36,893 nucleotides of DNA, taken from a virus. Lineage: Duplodnaviria; Caudoviricetes. Made by a program: the position numbers and the translations under genes. The notes below the pieces were generated by a model. That model was not told where the DNA came from. It made no database searches and saw nothing but the letters and a program-made list of their open reading frames with translations. Each line of letters starts with the position of its first letter. Positions within the stretch are counted from its first letter, which is position 1. Positions 34,886 to 36,893 of this stretch are shown in pieces. The stretch spans positions 1 through 36,893 of the IMG/VR virus record IMGVR_UViG_3300005077_000055, one strand, 5' to 3'.

Positions 34886-36102
34886 ACGAGCACCCCAGAG
34901 CGACCGTTCATAACCGCACCTGTAAGCGCTGTGGTGAACGTCGCCACGCCGGTGAAAGGAGTTGGTACGCCGCCTATCAGCATACTACCCGACACGTTGG
35001 CTATCGGCATAGGTACTGTAACGAGTGAACCAACCATAGCGACCGGAATAGAACCGGCTCCCAGTTTGACAATAGGAGCCTTGATGGCCGCATAAGCCGG
35101 GGCAGACAGTTCAAGTGAGTTACAGTCTAAGGACACACCTTGTGCCTTGAGCGATAGATTCTCCGTCACCTCAATGGACAAATTCTTCTTGAAGTAAAAG
35201 ACTGCGTTACCCTCAACCCGGCCGAATAGATTGCCTGCCCTATCCAGCATGAGATGAAAAACCATAGACTCTTTAGTGCTACCACCAGATTGCAAACAGC
35301 CATGTGCATCGAACCCACCGGGGGCGATGGCGACTTCCATGACTGTGGGGATTGGGCTGGAAGTACTACCGCCATAACCCGCATTGGCCAATGCTGTATG
35401 AGCTGGGCTACCAGCGGGTTCCGACACCACGTCCTTCACATTACCGTAGCTGACTCTCACGTCGGCGAATTTATCATTGGCGAAGACGCGGTAGGTCTGA
35501 GATAGACATGTTGGAGTTTCTGCGTCAGGCCCTTCCATCATACCCCATTTTATCCCGCCGCCGGTGTTGTAGTGATTGTACTCCCCCGAGACGTCGGTAA
35601 TTACATTGCCGATGGGTATGAAAATCCGCTGGGCTAATTCAGTGGCGCCTATCTCCAGAACCCCACCCCTTCTGAGGATCATGAAATTGCCATCCCGACC
35701 TCTGATGCCCATATCACCTGGTTGGGCTGCCTGCCGACCAGCATGAAATACAGCTTCCTGTACCGCTGCACCATCAGCCATTTTACCCGTGGTGCCGCTT
35801 CTCTCCATGGGGGCGCAAAAACCCAGTACGAAAGGCCTAGTGGAATCACTAGGCTCACAGATCATGCACTGGGCACCCATCTCAGGCAGAGCAAAGAAGC
35901 CCTCACCGCTGTTGTAATGCAAATACGGCGAGAGGACTTGCATGCTGGGAAAGGCACGCTGGTCAAACTGAGTAATGGCATCCACAGTCCAGGCACCAGA
36001 ATTGACCTTGACGATCTTGCCCTGTGAAACCCTCACCTGACCTGAACCTTGACCACGACTGATATTACTAGGGGCCCCGCCCACTGGTCTGACGCCTGGC
36101 AT
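34882..36102 (-). CDS. Probable baseplate central spike (gpV/gp5-like)
   Basis: OB-fold-like N-terminus (GKIVKVN...WTVD...GFFALPEMGAQCMI) and beta-helix-like C-terminal repeats (LSIEVTENLSLKAQGVSLDCNSLELSA...VKLG). Confidence 0.6.
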   Translation of the reverse strand: MPGVRPVGGAPSNISRGQGSGQVRVSQGKIVKVNSGAWTVDAITQFDQRAFPSMQVLSPYLHYNSGEGFFALPEMGAQCMICEPSDSTRPFVLGFCAPMERSGTTGKMADGAAVQEAVFHAGRQAAQPGDMGIRGRDGNFMILRRGGVLEIGATELAQRIFIPIGNVITDVSGEYNHYNTGGGIKWGMMEGPDAETPTCLSQTYRVFANDKFADVRVSYGNVKDVVSEPAGSPAHTALANAGYGGSTSSPIPTVMEVAIAPGGFDAHGCLQSGGSTKESMVFHLMLDRAGNLFGRVEGNAVFYFKKNLSIEVTENLSLKAQGVSLDCNSLELSAPAYAAIKAPIVKLGAGSIPVAMVGSLVTVPMPIANVSGSMLIGGVPTPFTGVATFTTALTGAVMNGRSGVLV

Positions 36103-36103
36103 A

Positions 36104-36310
36104 TTATTTCTCCTCCGCCTTGATGCCAGTGTTCGATTCCCTCTTCACCGTGTACAAATCGTCATCCCAAGGCAATCTAGTACCGTGCTTCGCACAATAA
36201 GCAAGTTTCACCCCCATACCTCGGTCCATAAAATAAATGGTGACGATAGTACCAAGCAAATAACCAGCTAAACCCCCTGATACCAGCATCAAAACATCAT
36301 GAGCCATCAA
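36104..36310 (-). CDS. Small single-pass membrane protein
   Basis: VLMLVSGGLAGYLLGTIVTIYF hydrophobic helix. AAGGAG RBS. Confidence 0.55.
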   Translation of the reverse strand: MMAHDVLMLVSGGLAGYLLGTIVTIYFMDRGMGVKLAYCAKHGTRLPWDDDLYTVKRESNTGIKAEEK

Positions 36311-36430
36311 AAATCTCCTCTTTTTACGCTAAAACTCCAGGTTAGATTCACCATCTAGCTACGTACTCTCACCACTGGAGTATGCACCCCGTGAAATGCC
36401 ATGGATCTGCACTCGTACTTCCTATACCTC

Positions 36431-36628
36431 TCACTCGATATTTCTGTCCACATTGACCGCCGCCCTTACTCGCCATGCGGCTACATGCATAGTAGCCCAC
36501 TCTGTCCCCAACTGCACCATGAATTCTGCCAGGATACTACCCGCATCATATAGTTCTAGGGTTACTTTGTAGCCCAGCAGATTGAACTGTTTGATGCGCG
36601 CACTTATGATTGGTGTGTTGTTACACAT
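36431..36628 (-). CDS. Hypothetical protein
   Basis: 65-aa ATG ORF that follows the upstream stop by 9 bp. Confidence 0.45.
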   Translation of the reverse strand: MCNNTPIISARIKQFNLLGYKVTLELYDAGSILAEFMVQLGTEWATMHVAAWRVRAAVNVDRNIE

Positions 36629-36637
36629 GACGTCTTC

Positions 36638-36892
36638 TCACCTGATAAAACCTCTCAACCTACTTAGTACTCCCCTACCTATCTCAAGTGCGCCTTCAGC
36701 CGCGACTGCCGGGGCTAAAGCTCCCGTCATAGCTACACCTTTTGCAAACCTACCTGGATTGCTCTTGATGTAACCGGCCATGTCCTTGGATCTAGCACGA
36801 ACAATATCACCCATCGCGGTAGTCCCGCCCTTGGCTATATGCTCAGGCCCTATCCTCGCTCTGGTGTAATAAGCACCGGGGGCAATGTCTGG
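36638..36892 (-). CDS. 3' end of a gene truncated by the window edge (hypothetical)
   Basis: Not in the ORF track. My translation: ...RIGPEHIAKGG...YIKSNPGRFAKGVAMTGALAPAVAAEGALEIGRGVLSRLRGFIR*, with TGA at 36640-36638. Confidence 0.6.
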   Translation of the reverse strand, partial: PDIAPGAYYTRARIGPEHIAKGGTTAMGDIVRARSKDMAGYIKSNPGRFAKGVAMTGALAPAVAAEGALEIGRGVLSRLRGFIR

Positions 36893-36893
36893 T

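Noticed and set aside
36104-36310. Holin call for the small membrane protein
   Set aside because: It has a single hydrophobic helix and no adjacent endolysin, which is insufficient evidence.
1-36893. Alternative genetic code (stop-codon reassignment)
   Set aside because: Long genes are intact and tightly packed under the standard bacterial code, and TAA, TAG and TGA all serve as stops.

Overview
This window is the virion morphogenesis region of a large contractile-tailed dsDNA phage (myovirus-like), almost entirely on the minus strand. Read from right to left it encodes a baseplate/spike-like gene, a 747-aa head-associated protein, an intein-containing GpA-type terminase large subunit, an intein-containing prohead protease, scaffold-like proteins, a probable HK97-fold major capsid protein, neck proteins, a very large tail sheath, a SNF2 ATPase, a tail tube and a fibre/decoration protein. 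The most striking unexplained pattern is a short K-x-A/S motif (EKTAS, FDKVA, KLAS, KEAA, KQAS). It recurs throughout about a dozen head-region proteins, is rare in terminase, sheath, tube and baseplate proteins, and brackets discrete passenger modules: a SNF2 ATPase, a diiron ferritin-like domain, a DUF6582-like domain and many glycine-zipper hydrophobic helices. My inference is a protease-processed, capsid-packaged cargo/ejection system. I found no tRNA, rRNA, CRISPR array, integrase, clear portal or tape measure. All assignments come from reading motifs by eye; no database searches were run.
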